From: Rhodanobacteraceae bacterium
Lineage (GTDB): Bacteria; Pseudomonadota; Gammaproteobacteria; Xanthomonadales; SZUA-5
Direction of reading: 5' to 3'
DNA: 64,000 nt
Assembly (NCBI GenBank): GCA_016713135.1
Contig: JADJPR010000012.1
Coordinates: 12,601-76,600 of the forward strand
The translations under genes and the position numbers were made by a program. Under the pieces are notes generated by a model. That model ran no database searches, was not told the origin of the DNA, and saw only the letters and a program-made list of their open reading frames with translations. Shown piece after piece: positions 9,875 through 19,941 of the stretch. The stretch's first letter is position 1, and each line of letters starts with the position of its first letter.

Positions 9875-10281
9875 CAGGGGCTCTCCTCGCCTGCCGGGGA
9901 TCCCGACGGGCGCACGGATGCGGAAACGGGGGGGGGCGACGCGATCACGCGGTCGAACAGGGCGTCGAGATCACGGCGCAGGGTATGGCGGTCGCCTTTG
10001 CCGACATCGCGACCCGGCGAGAGCACCAGGTCGACCAGCGGCATCCGCGCACGGCGCACGCGAAAGCTCTCGCGCGCGATGCGCTTGACCAGGTTGCGAT
10101 CATGCGCATTCGGCAGATGCTTCTTGCCGACCGCGAAGCCGATGCGCGCCTGCGACATGGTGCCGGCGGCGACGACGCATACGAAAAAGCGGCCGCGCTC
10201 TCGCCGGCCGCTTTGGAACACACCATCGAACTCGCGCGGCAGCAGCAGCCGGGCACTCCGCGGAAAGCGCGAACCCGGCAT
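9874..10281 (-). CDS. rnpA: Ribonuclease P protein component
   Basis: FAVGKKHLPNAHDRNLVKRIARESFR (RNR-type motif). Lies directly downstream of rpmH. Its stop overlaps the yidC start (TGATG at 9872-9876). Confidence 0.9.
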   Translation of the reverse strand: MPGSRFPRSARLLLPREFDGVFQSGRRERGRFFVCVVAAGTMSQARIGFAVGKKHLPNAHDRNLVKRIARESFRVRRARMPLVDLVLSPGRDVGKGDRHTLRRDLDALFDRVIASPPPVSASVRPSGSPAGEESP

Positions 10282-10291
10282 CGCCCGCGAA

Positions 10292-10426
10292 TTACGGGAT
10301 CAGGCGATGACGGCCCTTGGCGCGACGACGATTCAGCACGGCGCGGCCATTCTTGGTGGCCATACGGGCGCGGAAGCCATGGGTGCGAGCGTGCTTGAGC
10401 TTGCTCGGCTGGAAAGTGCGCTTCAT
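10292..10426 (-). CDS. rpmH: 50S ribosomal protein L34
   Basis: Not in the ORF track (44 aa). The reverse complement reads [44 protein letters not shown] followed by TAA. Confidence 0.95.
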   Translation of the reverse strand: MKRTFQPSKLKHARTHGFRARMATKNGRAVLNRRRAKGRHRLIP

Positions 10427-10534
10427 CGCGAACTCCAAGGATCTGTTGAAGAAAAGAGCGGCATGGTAGCCCGCCGCCTCGTCGCCTGTCTAGGGGTAGG
10501 GTGCGGCTTTGTTGGCCCTGGTTCAAGACATGGT

Positions 10535-10700
10535 GAAGAGCGGGGGCTGAAGCGGGGAAGGGGTCAAGGGGAATGCCAAGTGCGTTGCTCGTGGTTTGAG
10601 GTGGCCCGCGCCATCGGGCATGCACTGCCCCAAAATCGTCGCGAAGCCAGTTGCGGAGCCCCTGACCCCTTGCCCGCTTCACCTCCCCCCGCTTCACTTC
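10535..10700. repeat. Family C hairpin element (GAAGCGGGG/GGGGTCAAGGGG ... CCCCTGACCCCTTGCCCGCTTCACCTCCCC)
   Basis: A G-rich left arm and a complementary C-rich right arm surround a core of about 90 nt. The right arm abuts the stop codon of the PEBP gene. Confidence 0.75.
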
Positions 10701-11302
10701 CGCACGTTGCGGTTCAGCGAATAGCGTCCCGTGTGCTGCGCGGTGGCCAGCACGTGGCCGTCCATCCGCGCCAGTGCGTCGGCGGCGCTGAAGCGGCCGG
10801 ACAGGCCGAGCAGCGGCACGTCGAGTGCGTACAGGCGGAAGTGGTAGTGGTGCATACGTTCGTCGTTCCACGGCGGACAAGGGCCGTCGTAGCCGTAGTG
10901 GTCGGCGCCGGGGCTGCTGAAATCGTTGAGGCCCTGCCGGGTGCCTGCAGGTCCACGCGGCTGGCGCTTGCCGCCGGCATGGACCCCCTCGGAACAACTG
11001 CCGGCAACGATTTCGCGCAGCGAGGACGGAATATCGATCATCACCCAGTGGATGAAGTCGCGACGTGGCAAATCGTGCGCGATCACGCGGTCGGCGCGGT
11101 TGGCGTCGTCGAACACGCTGGGCACGTCATCGTCCACGCAAATCAGCACGAAGGACTGGGTGCCGGCGGGGACGTCGTCCCAGGCGAGATGCGGGTTGCG
11201 GTTGGGGCCATCGACCACCGGGCGGTTGCTGCCGGGCACGCCGTAGGCATATTCACTGGCGATTCGGCCGAGCGGCGGGAAACTCTGGCTATGGAGGCGC
11301 AT
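10694..11302 (-). CDS. YbhB/YbcL-family (PEBP / Raf-kinase-inhibitor-like) protein
   Basis: Starts MRLHSQSF (cat at 11300-11302). NPHLAWDDVPAGTQSFVLICVDDDVP and YDGPCPP...HHYHFRLYALD are typical PEBP signatures. Confidence 0.85.
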   Translation of the reverse strand: MRLHSQSFPPLGRIASEYAYGVPGSNRPVVDGPNRNPHLAWDDVPAGTQSFVLICVDDDVPSVFDDANRADRVIAHDLPRRDFIHWVMIDIPSSLREIVAGSCSEGVHAGGKRQPRGPAGTRQGLNDFSSPGADHYGYDGPCPPWNDERMHHYHFRLYALDVPLLGLSGRFSAADALARMDGHVLATAQHTGRYSLNRNVRK

Positions 11303-11315
11303 GCACGGACCCTGG

Positions 11316-12872
11316 ATGAGACGAGGCATACACAATAGCGCTGCGATCGCGTGGCTGCTGCTCGCGCTCGCGGCCTGCGCGCCAGTCGAATGGCGCGGGC
11401 CACGCGTGCCCGAGGCCTCGCTCTCGCCGGCCAACGAGGGACCGATCGCCGACACGGTGCGGCCGATCGGCCTGGCGCCCGGCGAATCGAGTTACCGCCT
11501 GATCGAGTCCAACACCGACGCGCTGGCGCTGCAGCTGCGTGCGGCGCAGCTCTCCGTGCGCAGTCTGGACGCGATGTACTACATGTGGCTGGACGATCGC
11601 AGCGGGCGGCTGCTTGCCGCCGAGCTGATGCGCGCCGCCGACCGCGGCGTTCGCGTGCGCGTGCTGGTGGATGACATGTACGCACGCAAGATCCCGGTGG
11701 AGTTGGCGGCACTGGACCAGCATCCGCGGATCGAGCTGCGCGTCTACCACCCCTACCGCACGCGCGATTCGGCTGCCGCCGCGGTGCTCGAATTCGTGTT
11801 CAGCGGCTTCCGCCTGAACCACCGGATGCACCACAAGGCCTGGATCGCCGATGGCCAGGTCGCTCTGATCGGCGGGCGCAATGTGGGCGACGCCTACTTC
11901 GGCCTGCACGATGGCTTCGATTTCCGCGACCTCGGCGTGCTGCTGGCGGGCGCGGCGGCCGGCGAGGTGTCGGCGATCTTCGACCAATATTGGAACGCGC
12001 CCATCGTGATCCCCTTGGCGGCGGTGCCGTCGAAGGATCCGGTGCCTGCGCTCGCCGACGCCCAGCGCGCGCTGGGGGAAGAGCGCACACACACACTGGG
12101 ACTGCCCGAGTTCGCGCCGCTGGTGGCGCCACGCGCGCTGGATGCGGAAATCCGCAGCGGCGAGGGCCGCCACACCGGCGCGGGCGTGCAGGTGGTCAGC
12201 GACCCGCCGGACAAGTGGCGCCAACGCAAGGACCAACTGATCGGTGTCGCCGCCGAGTTGCGCAAAGCCATTGACCGCGCCGAGCGCGAGGTGGTGCTGA
12301 TCTCGCCCTACTTCGTGCCCGGGCGAGAGGGCATCGCCTGGTTGCGCCGACTGGAGGAACGCGGCGTGCGCGTGCGCGTGCTGACCAACTCGGTCAACGC
12401 CACCGACATCCCCGCGGTGCACGGCGGCTACGCGCACTACCGCATGCGCCTGCTGCGGGCGGGCATCGAAATCAACGAGCTCAAGCGCTCGTCCAGCTTG
12501 CGCCTGGAGTCGCCTTTCCGCGGATCCTCGCGCGCCAGCCTGCACACCAAGGCGGTGGTGATCGACGGCCGCGTGGCCTTCGTCGGCTCGTTCAACCTCG
12601 ACCCGCGCTCGACCTGGATCAACACCGAGATGGGCGTGTTCGTGGACGACCCGCGCTTCGCCGCGCAGGTGCTGCGCGGCTACCAGCACAGCCTCGGCGG
12701 CGAACACTCCTATCGCCTCGCGCTGGAAGGCGGCCGGCGCAAGCGGGTGGTCTGGTACGACCTGCAGGATGGCCAGCCCCGCCGGCAGACGCGCGAACCG
12801 ACCTCGAGCTGGAGCCGACGCTTCATCGCGCTGCTCGCACGCATCGTGCCGACGGCGGAAAGGCATCTGTGA
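11316..12872 (+). CDS. Phospholipase D-family lipoprotein (two HKD motifs)
   Basis: MRRGIHNSAAIAWLLLALAAC lipoprotein signal (an alternative ATG is at 11301). HKD motifs HHKAWIADG and HTKAVVIDGRVAFVGSFNLDPRS. Confidence 0.85.
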   Translation: MRRGIHNSAAIAWLLLALAACAPVEWRGPRVPEASLSPANEGPIADTVRPIGLAPGESSYRLIESNTDALALQLRAAQLSVRSLDAMYYMWLDDRSGRLLAAELMRAADRGVRVRVLVDDMYARKIPVELAALDQHPRIELRVYHPYRTRDSAAAAVLEFVFSGFRLNHRMHHKAWIADGQVALIGGRNVGDAYFGLHDGFDFRDLGVLLAGAAAGEVSAIFDQYWNAPIVIPLAAVPSKDPVPALADAQRALGEERTHTLGLPEFAPLVAPRALDAEIRSGEGRHTGAGVQVVSDPPDKWRQRKDQLIGVAAELRKAIDRAEREVVLISPYFVPGREGIAWLRRLEERGVRVRVLTNSVNATDIPAVHGGYAHYRMRLLRAGIEINELKRSSSLRLESPFRGSSRASLHTKAVVIDGRVAFVGSFNLDPRSTWINTEMGVFVDDPRFAAQVLRGYQHSLGGEHSYRLALEGGRRKRVVWYDLQDGQPRRQTREPTSSWSRRFIALLARIVPTAERHL

Positions 12873-13060
12873 AGCGGAGGAAGGAGATGCGGGGGAGATG
12901 AAGCGGGGCGGGGGACGCAGTCGACGCCCGAGATGCGACGCCTTCGCCGATCGAGGCTACGGGCGGCAGATGGGCAGGCACGTGCACCATGACAGGTCCC
13001 CTGCCCCGCTTCACCTCCCCCGCTTCACCTCCCCCGCTTCACCTCCCCCGCTCCACCTCC
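12871..13060. repeat. Family C hairpin element with a 13-nt unit (CCCCGCTTCACCT) repeated four times in the right arm
   Basis: The left arm gaagcggaggaaggagatgcgggggagatgaagcggggcggggg starts inside the PLD stop codon. The right-arm tandem array spans about 13003-13058. Confidence 0.8.
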
Positions 13061-13145
13061 CGACCCTCACCGGCCTCTTTTTCCGCGTCAGGAACTTGCG
13101 CATCCTCGCGCACTCTGACGACGCCTGTCACATGTATTCACAATC

Positions 13146-13815
<670 letters not shown>

Positions 13816-13823
<8 letters not shown>

Positions 13824-15756
13824 GTTCCGCTCCTGGCTGTGCGCAGCCATTTTGGGCCTGCTGGCTCCCGCGCTCGCCGCGGAGCCATTGATCTCGGGTG
13901 AGGTCTACGCGATCGGCGCGCAAGTGCTGCGCACGCCGCAGTCGCAGAACGGCCAGACCGTACTGCAGACCTACGTACCCGACGGCGCCCGTGTGCGCAA
14001 GGGCGACGTGGTGCTGCGGGTCGATGGCGCGGCCGCCGCGGGCACCATCCGCAGCCAGCAGTCGCTGCTGCTGCAGGCGCGGGCCCGCGCCGACAAGGAA
14101 CTGGCGGACCTCACGGTCAAGGCGATCGACGCCGAGCGCGCGCTGCGCAACGCGGAACTCGCGGTGACCAGGGCGGAACTGGACGCCGGCATCCCGAAGA
14201 ACTTTCTGCCGGCCTTCGATTACGACCGCTACCAGGGCGAGCTGACCCGCACGCGCCAGGAACTGCTGGTCAAGCAGCGCGAGTGGGAGGACGCGAAGGC
14301 TGCGATCGCGCGCCGGCGCGAGGACGCGCGGCTGGAGCAGGGCCAGATCGAGGGCCAGATCCTTTACTGGCAGACCCAGCTGGATGCCGCCGAAGTGCGA
14401 GCCGCCCGCGACGGCATCGTCGTGCATGGCTTCGACCCCTTCCGCGGCAACCGCTACGACGAAGGCTCGCAGTCCTTTTCGGGTAACCGCGTGGGCGAGA
14501 TCGTCGATGGCGACGAGCAGCCCAAGCTCGGCGTGCGCGCCTGGGTGCTGGAAGTCGATCGCCCCGCGCTGCACTCGGGCCAGGCGTTGACCGTGAGCTT
14601 CGATGCGGTGGCCGGCAGCGCCCTGCCTGGGCGCATCGCGCAGATCGCCGGCGCGCCGTCGGTCAAGGCCGAATGGGGCGAGGGGCGTTATTTCGAGATC
14701 GAGGTGGACGTGGACCTGGACGCGTCGGCGCGCGCCCTGCTGCGGCCCGGCGCGAGCGCGCGGCTGGTCCCGGGCGAATTCCGCGGCGGCGCGACGCGTG
14801 CAGCGCCGGCCAACAGCACGAGCCGGCGCCTCGAGGGCGAGATCATCGCGCGCGACGCCATCGCGATCTCGCCGCCGCGCATCGAGGAGATCTGGATGCT
14901 GTCGCTGACCCAGCTCTTGCCCGACGGCTCGCTGGTCAACGCCGGGGACGTGGTCGCCACCTTCGAGCCGGGAGAACTGCAACGCAAGCTCGGCGAGAAG
15001 CGCAGCGCGCTGAACGAAAAGCAGACCCTGCTGCAGAAACTGACGCTGGAACACGCCGAGCGCGCGCGCGCCGAGGTCATCGCCACGGCCGAACAACGCG
15101 CCAAGGTCGACAAGGCACGGCGCAAGGCAGCGCAGCCGGCCGACCTGGTCGCCGCCATCGAGTACCGCAAACTGGTGGCTGAACGCGAACTGGCCGAGAC
15201 CGAACTGCTGCTGGTGCAGGAGCGCGAACGCATGGCGGCGCGCCAGCGCGAGGCCGAGCGTGCTCAGATCGAGGCCGAAGCCGCCGACCTGAAGGCCGAG
15301 GTGGAGGAGATCGGCAGAGGCCTGGCGGCGCTCCAGGTCAGGGCCCCGCGCGCCGGCGTCATGCTGCATCTGACCAATCACCAGGGGCAGAAGTTCGACG
15401 TGGGCGCGCAGGTCTTCCGCGGCCAGGCCGTGGCACAGATCCCGGACCTGACGCGCCTGGCCGTGCGCATGCAGGTGCCCGAGCGCCTGATCGCGCAAGT
15501 GCGCGCCGGCCAGGCGACGCGCATCGAGGTCGATGGCGGCGCAGCCCCGACCCTGTTCGGCAAGGTGAGCCACATCGGGCGCGTCGTGCGCTCACGCTCG
15601 GGCGTCAAGCCGGTGCCGGTGGTGGATGTGGAGATCGAGTTTGATGCAGTCCCCGAATCCGCCCGGCTGAAGCCCGGATTGCCAGTGCGGGTGGAGTTGC
15701 TCGGGGGGCGGTCGGCTTCCGGGGAGAAGGTGGCGTCTGAAGGGGATTCGGCATGA
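13816..15756 (+). CDS. HlyD-family periplasmic adaptor containing two complete adaptor modules in tandem (646 aa)
   Basis: GTG start, 8 nt after a GAGGGA Shine-Dalgarno, overlapping the ATPase stop. There are two successive units of lipoyl-like half, long coiled coil, VRA(A/P)R(D/A)G(I/V) motif and beta-barrel, at aa ~25-330 and ~345-640. Confidence 0.8.
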
Positions 15757-15778
15757 CTCGGGGACGGCGGATGGAGAG

Positions 15779-15880
15779 TTGTGGGTTGTGGGTTGTGGGT
15801 TGTGGGCAGCAAGAGCCGCCAGATCGCGACTTTTCGCCGGGCTTGCGCGCTCCTGCCGCCCACAACCCAGAACCCACAAC
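15779..15880. repeat. Family B hairpin element ((GTGGGTT)n-GGGCAGCAAGAGCC ... CTGCCGCCCACAACCCAGAACCCACAAC)
   Basis: The left arm has four GGG runs spaced by TTGT. The right arm is complementary. It sits between two adaptor genes of one operon. Confidence 0.85.
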
Positions 15881-16015
15881 GGCCATGGCGGGCACGTCAC
15901 CCGCCAGCATGAAGGTTGTGCGCGCCATGACCGGCACGGAGCAGCTCCTGCCTACCCCTCCCCACCTCCCCGGGCCCTCCTCGCCCAAGCGACCGTCACC
16001 GCAAACCATGGTCGG

Positions 16016-17218
16016 ATGTATCGGACACTGCTTGCCATCCTGGCCCTCGCCCTCGCCGCCTGCAGCCAGCCCGTCGCCGAGGCGCCGCCGGTGGAGATCG
16101 TGCGCGCTCAGCCGCTGGAACTACGCATCGACGCGCAGGGCGAGCTGCGTTCGAGCAAGGCCACGCCTCTGAAAGTGCCGGGCGAGAACTGGGCGCAACG
16201 GCAACTGGCGTGGGTGCTTCCCGAGGGCAGCACGGTGGAGGCCGGCGAGGTCATCGCGCGCTTCTCCGCCGAGCGCAGCGAGCTGGACCTCAAGCAGGCC
16301 CGGGTGCAGGTGCTGCGCAATGCGCTGCTGCGCGCGGCCAAGGAAGCGGAGCTCGGCGGCAATGAGGCGCGCATCGGCGCCGAGATCTCGCAGGTGGACA
16401 CCGCGCTCTCGCTGGCGGAGCGCTATGCCGCCGCCGAGCTGCAGACGATGGCGCGCAACGAGTTGCTGGATGCGGTGCAGGACCGCGAGTTCCTCGGCGA
16501 GAAGCAGGGCTTCCTGGGTTGGAAACAGGATCAGAACGGCGAGCGCGGCGCGGCCGAGCTGGCGGTACTCGACAGCCAGCGGCAGACCCATGCGCTGACC
16601 GCGAAGATGCGCGAGGAAGACCTCAACGCCCTGGAACTTGTCGCACCGCATGCAGGCATCCTGATGCTCACCGCCGACTGGTCCGGCGAGAAGCCGCGGG
16701 TTGGCGCCACCTTGTGGGCCGGCCAGGAGATGGGCAGCCTGCCCGACCAGAGTGCGATGGAGGTGCAGTTCGCGCTGCCCCAGCTCGACGCCGCCGGCGT
16801 CAAGGTGGGCGCCGCAGTGGAACTGGCACCGCTCGGGCGCGAGTCCCCGCGGGTCGCGTCGAAAGTCAGCTGGGTGGCGACCGCGGCGCAGCCGGTCAGT
16901 CGCAACAACCCGATCAAGTACGTGCGCATGAAGGCCGCGGTGACGCCGGATGACGTGCGCGCGCTCGGCCTGGTTCCGGGCCAGACGCTCGCGGTGCGCG
17001 TCTACGCGCTGCGCCTGGACGAAGGCCTGTCGGTGCCGAACGTGGCAATCGTCTCCAGCGACGGCGCTACCCATGTGGACCTGTGGCGCGATGGCCAGCG
17101 CGTACGCCAGGCGGTGAAACTCGGCGAGCGCGGCCTGGCGCGTACCCAGGTGGTCGAGGGCCTGTCCGGCGGCGACGCGGTTGTGCTCACGCCGGGGCGC
17201 AGCGGAGACGATGCATGA
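16016..17218 (+). CDS. HlyD-family periplasmic adaptor lipoprotein (third adaptor module)
   Basis: MYRTLLAILALALAAC lipobox. Coiled-coil middle region. LVAPHAGIL motif. C-terminal barrel. Confidence 0.85.
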   Translation: MYRTLLAILALALAACSQPVAEAPPVEIVRAQPLELRIDAQGELRSSKATPLKVPGENWAQRQLAWVLPEGSTVEAGEVIARFSAERSELDLKQARVQVLRNALLRAAKEAELGGNEARIGAEISQVDTALSLAERYAAAELQTMARNELLDAVQDREFLGEKQGFLGWKQDQNGERGAAELAVLDSQRQTHALTAKMREEDLNALELVAPHAGILMLTADWSGEKPRVGATLWAGQEMGSLPDQSAMEVQFALPQLDAAGVKVGAAVELAPLGRESPRVASKVSWVATAAQPVSRNNPIKYVRMKAAVTPDDVRALGLVPGQTLAVRVYALRLDEGLSVPNVAIVSSDGATHVDLWRDGQRVRQAVKLGERGLARTQVVEGLSGGDAVVLTPGRSGDDA

Positions 17219-18465
17219 GCGCCCGGGACCCTGGCATGGGACACATCTGGCGCGAGGCGCTGGCGGAGCTGTGGCGACGCAAGCTCCGCACCGGCCTGAC
17301 CTTGCTCGGCCTGATCTTCGGCGTCGGCGCGATCGTCGCGATGCAGGGCGTCGGCGAAGGCTCGCGCCTGGAGGCGCTGGCGCTGGTGGAGGAACTCGGC
17401 CTGCGCAACCTGATCGTGCGCGCCAAATCCCAGGACAATGATTCGCTGAAGGAAGTGCGCCTGCGCAGCCTGGGCCTCACCCGCGCCGATGCACGCGCGG
17501 CGCTGGAGGCCGTGCCCGGCGCCGAGCGCGTCGCCGCGGAGAAGGAGATCCGCACGCACCAGGTCTATGGCGACATGGGCGGCGGCGATGTGCAGGCGAG
17601 TGCGGTGGACCCGTCCTTCTTCGATCTGTCCAGCCTGAAACTCGCCGCAGGACGCGCGCTCGGCGAGGCCGATGAGACTGCGCTGGCGGCGGTCGCGGTG
17701 CTGGGCCACCAGGCCGCGCGCACGCTGTTCGGCGAGCAGGATCCGCTCGGCCAGGCGGTGCGGATCAATCACGCCTGGTTCGAAGTGGTCGGCGTGCTCG
17801 CCGACCGCGACCTCGCCAAGGACCAGTTCGAGGGCGTGCAACTGGGCCTGGAAGCGAACCGGGTGTTCGTGCCGCTGGCGAGCGCGCGCGCCCGCCTGCG
17901 CTTCCAGCCGATGGAGGACGAGATCGATCGCTTCTGGCTGCGCCTGGCGGACCCGGAAGGCATCGTACCCGCCTCCCAGGTGCTCGCCGCAGTGCTCGAC
18001 CAGCGCCACGGCGGGGTCGAGGACTACAGCCTGATTGTGCCCGCGCAACTGTACCGCCAGCACCAGCAGACGCAGCGCATCTTCCGCTTCGTGATGGCGG
18101 CGATCGCCGCGGTCAGCCTGCTGGTGGGCGGCATCGGGATCATGAACATCATGCTCGCCAATGTGCTGGAGCGCCGCCGTGAGATCGGCCTGATGCGCGC
18201 CATCGGCGCGCGCAAGCGCGACATCGTGCAGCAGTTCCTGCGCGAGACCGCATTGATCTGCGCCATCGGCGCCGGCCTCGGCCTGCTGTTCGGCGCGGCA
18301 CTCGCCTACCTGATCGCCGCGCTGGCCGGCTGGCCGGTGGCCTGGGCTCCGTTGCCGGTGCTGCTCTCCGCCGCCGTGTGCGCCGCGGTGGGCCTGGCCT
18401 TCGGCGTCTACCCCGCGCGCCAGGCCGCGGAACTGGATCCGATCGCGGCGCTGCGCAGCGATTGA
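17215..18465 (+). CDS. ABC transporter permease, MacB/FtsX type with a large periplasmic domain
   Basis: The start ATG overlaps the upstream stop (ATGA). N-terminal TM helix, periplasmic domain of about 230 aa, C-terminal FtsX core (NIMLANVLERRREIGLMRAIGARKRDI). Confidence 0.9.
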   Translation: MSARDPGMGHIWREALAELWRRKLRTGLTLLGLIFGVGAIVAMQGVGEGSRLEALALVEELGLRNLIVRAKSQDNDSLKEVRLRSLGLTRADARAALEAVPGAERVAAEKEIRTHQVYGDMGGGDVQASAVDPSFFDLSSLKLAAGRALGEADETALAAVAVLGHQAARTLFGEQDPLGQAVRINHAWFEVVGVLADRDLAKDQFEGVQLGLEANRVFVPLASARARLRFQPMEDEIDRFWLRLADPEGIVPASQVLAAVLDQRHGGVEDYSLIVPAQLYRQHQQTQRIFRFVMAAIAAVSLLVGGIGIMNIMLANVLERRREIGLMRAIGARKRDIVQQFLRETALICAIGAGLGLLFGAALAYLIAALAGWPVAWAPLPVLLSAAVCAAVGLAFGVYPARQAAELDPIAALRSD

Positions 18466-18548
18466 GGCGGGAGTGCAGGCCGCCCCGGTCGGCGCCCCTG
18501 TTCGCACAACAAACCGTGGCTCTCGCAAATTCGCGGACTGTGCTCTTT

Positions 18549-18642
18549 GGACGCAAAGGACGCAAAGGACGCAAAGAAGATCAAACCGCGCGGGGATATC
18601 CCGGCACTTGCTGTCTTTGCGTCCTTTGCGTCCCCTTTGCGT
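18549..18642. repeat. Family A-related hairpin element ((GACGCAAAG)3 ... (CTTTGCGTC)3)
   Basis: gacgcaaaggacgcaaaggacgcaaagaag ... ctttgcgtcctttgcgtcccctttgcgt, lying between convergent genes. Confidence 0.85.
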
Positions 18643-18737
18643 ACTCAATCACAGGGTCGTCGTTCGGCGCAGGCGGAAAATTTCAGGAAATTCAATCACC
18701 TGGCGCATGTCCGGTGAGAGCGTCGGCGCTCCCGGGC

Positions 18738-19730
18738 CTACGCGGACTGGCCGTAACGCACGACCTGCTGCTCGATCGCGCCGAAGATGCTGTTGCCGGC
18801 GTCGTCCAGCATCTCGATGCGCACGGTCTGGCCGAAGCGCAGGAAGGGCGTCGAGGGCTTGCCGTCGCGGATCACTTCGAGCATGCGCTTCTCCGCGAGG
18901 CAGGAGGCGCCCACGCCCTCGTCCTGGTTGGCCACGGTGCCGGAGCCGACCACCGTGCCCGCGGTCAGGTTGCGCGTCTTGGCCGCGTGCGCGACCAGCT
19001 GCGCGAAGTTGAACTGCATGTCGCTGCCAGCGTCGGGCTGACCGAAGAGCTGGCCGTCGATATGCGTGATCAGCTTGCGGTGCAGGGTGGAGTCTTCCCA
19101 GAAACCGTCCAGCTCGTCCGGGGTCACCAGCACCGGCGACAGCGCCGAGCGCGGCTTGCTCTGCAGGAAGCCGAAGCCCTTCGCCAGTTCGTCCGGGATC
19201 AGGTTGCGCAGGGACACGTCGTTGACCAGGCCGATCAGCTGGATGTGCTCGGCGGCCTGCTCCGGCGTGACCGCCATCGGCACGTCGTCGGTGACCACCA
19301 CGACTTCGGCCTCGAGGTCGATGCCGTAGTCCTCGCTGACCACCTGCACCGGGTCGCGCGGGCCGAGGAACTGCGCGCTGGTGGCCTGGTACATCAGCGG
19401 GTCGACATAGAAGCTCTGCGGCACCTCGGCATTGCGCGCCCGGCGCACGCGCTCGACGTGCGGCAGGTAGGCGCTGCCGTCGACGAACTCATAGGCGCGC
19501 GGCAGCGGCGCCGCGAGGTCGTCGAAGTCGAGCTCAAAGGCACCGTGCGCGCGCCCGGCATTCAGGCCTTCATAGACCGCGTTCAGCCGCGGCGCGATAT
19601 CCGACCAGCCATCCAGCGCCTGCTGCAGGGTCTGTGCGATCGGGCGCACCTCGACGGCGTGCTTCAGGTCGCGCGACACCACCACCAGCGTGCCATCGCG
19701 GCCACCGCGCTTGAGCGTAGCGAGTTTCAT
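18738..19730 (-). CDS. Fumarylacetoacetate hydrolase-family protein
   Basis: Starts MKLATLKRGGRDGTLVVVSRD. The long FAH-family C-terminal domain (DYGIDLEAEVVVVT...GSGTVAN) is typical of the 330-aa proteobacterial FAH-like proteins. Confidence 0.8.
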   Translation of the reverse strand: MKLATLKRGGRDGTLVVVSRDLKHAVEVRPIAQTLQQALDGWSDIAPRLNAVYEGLNAGRAHGAFELDFDDLAAPLPRAYEFVDGSAYLPHVERVRRARNAEVPQSFYVDPLMYQATSAQFLGPRDPVQVVSEDYGIDLEAEVVVVTDDVPMAVTPEQAAEHIQLIGLVNDVSLRNLIPDELAKGFGFLQSKPRSALSPVLVTPDELDGFWEDSTLHRKLITHIDGQLFGQPDAGSDMQFNFAQLVAHAAKTRNLTAGTVVGSGTVANQDEGVGASCLAEKRMLEVIRDGKPSTPFLRFGQTVRIEMLDDAGNSIFGAIEQQVVRYGQSA

Positions 19731-19798
19731 GGGTGAGTCTCCGAAGGGGAATTCGCAGAGTCTTGGGGGTGGGCGGCGGTGGTGCAAGCAGGTGCAGC

Positions 19799-19880
19799 AA
19801 AAGTGAAAGGTGAATAGTGAAAGGAAAAGACGCGCAAGTCGGTTCGCTCGCCCTTTCACTTTTCACTTTTCACTTTTCAC
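19799..19880. repeat. Family D hairpin element (AAAGTGAAAGGTGAATAGTGAAAGG ... CCTTTCACTTTTCACTTTTCACTTTTCAC)
   Basis: Complementary arms of AGTGAAA-type heptamers surround a short GC-rich core. Confidence 0.85.
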
Positions 19881-19903
19881 ACCTCCAAGACAACGCGACA
19901 CCC

Positions 19904-19920
19904 ATTGACACGATGTCAAT
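19904..19920. promoter_or_regulatory. Candidate TetR operator overlapping a TTGACA -35-like hexamer
   Basis: ATTGACA-cga-TGTCAAT inverted repeat (7-bp arms), 22 nt upstream of the TetR ATG. A related half-conserved site lies upstream of the TolC-like gene. Confidence 0.45.
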
Positions 19921-19941
19921 ACATACCCTATCGTCCACCCC

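Noticed and set aside
9874-10000. A possible overlapping yidD gene at the rnpA-yidC junction.
   Set aside because: No frame in this region encodes the conserved YidD Cys-containing motif. The rnpA stop overlaps the yidC start directly.
13003-13058. Short direct repeats (13-mer x4 here, heptamers at 15781-15806, 19855-19880 and 60741-60768) as possible CRISPR arrays.
   Set aside because: The units are 7-13 nt and contiguous, with no spacers. Each array is mirrored by a complementary array nearby, forming a hairpin arm. No cas genes are present.
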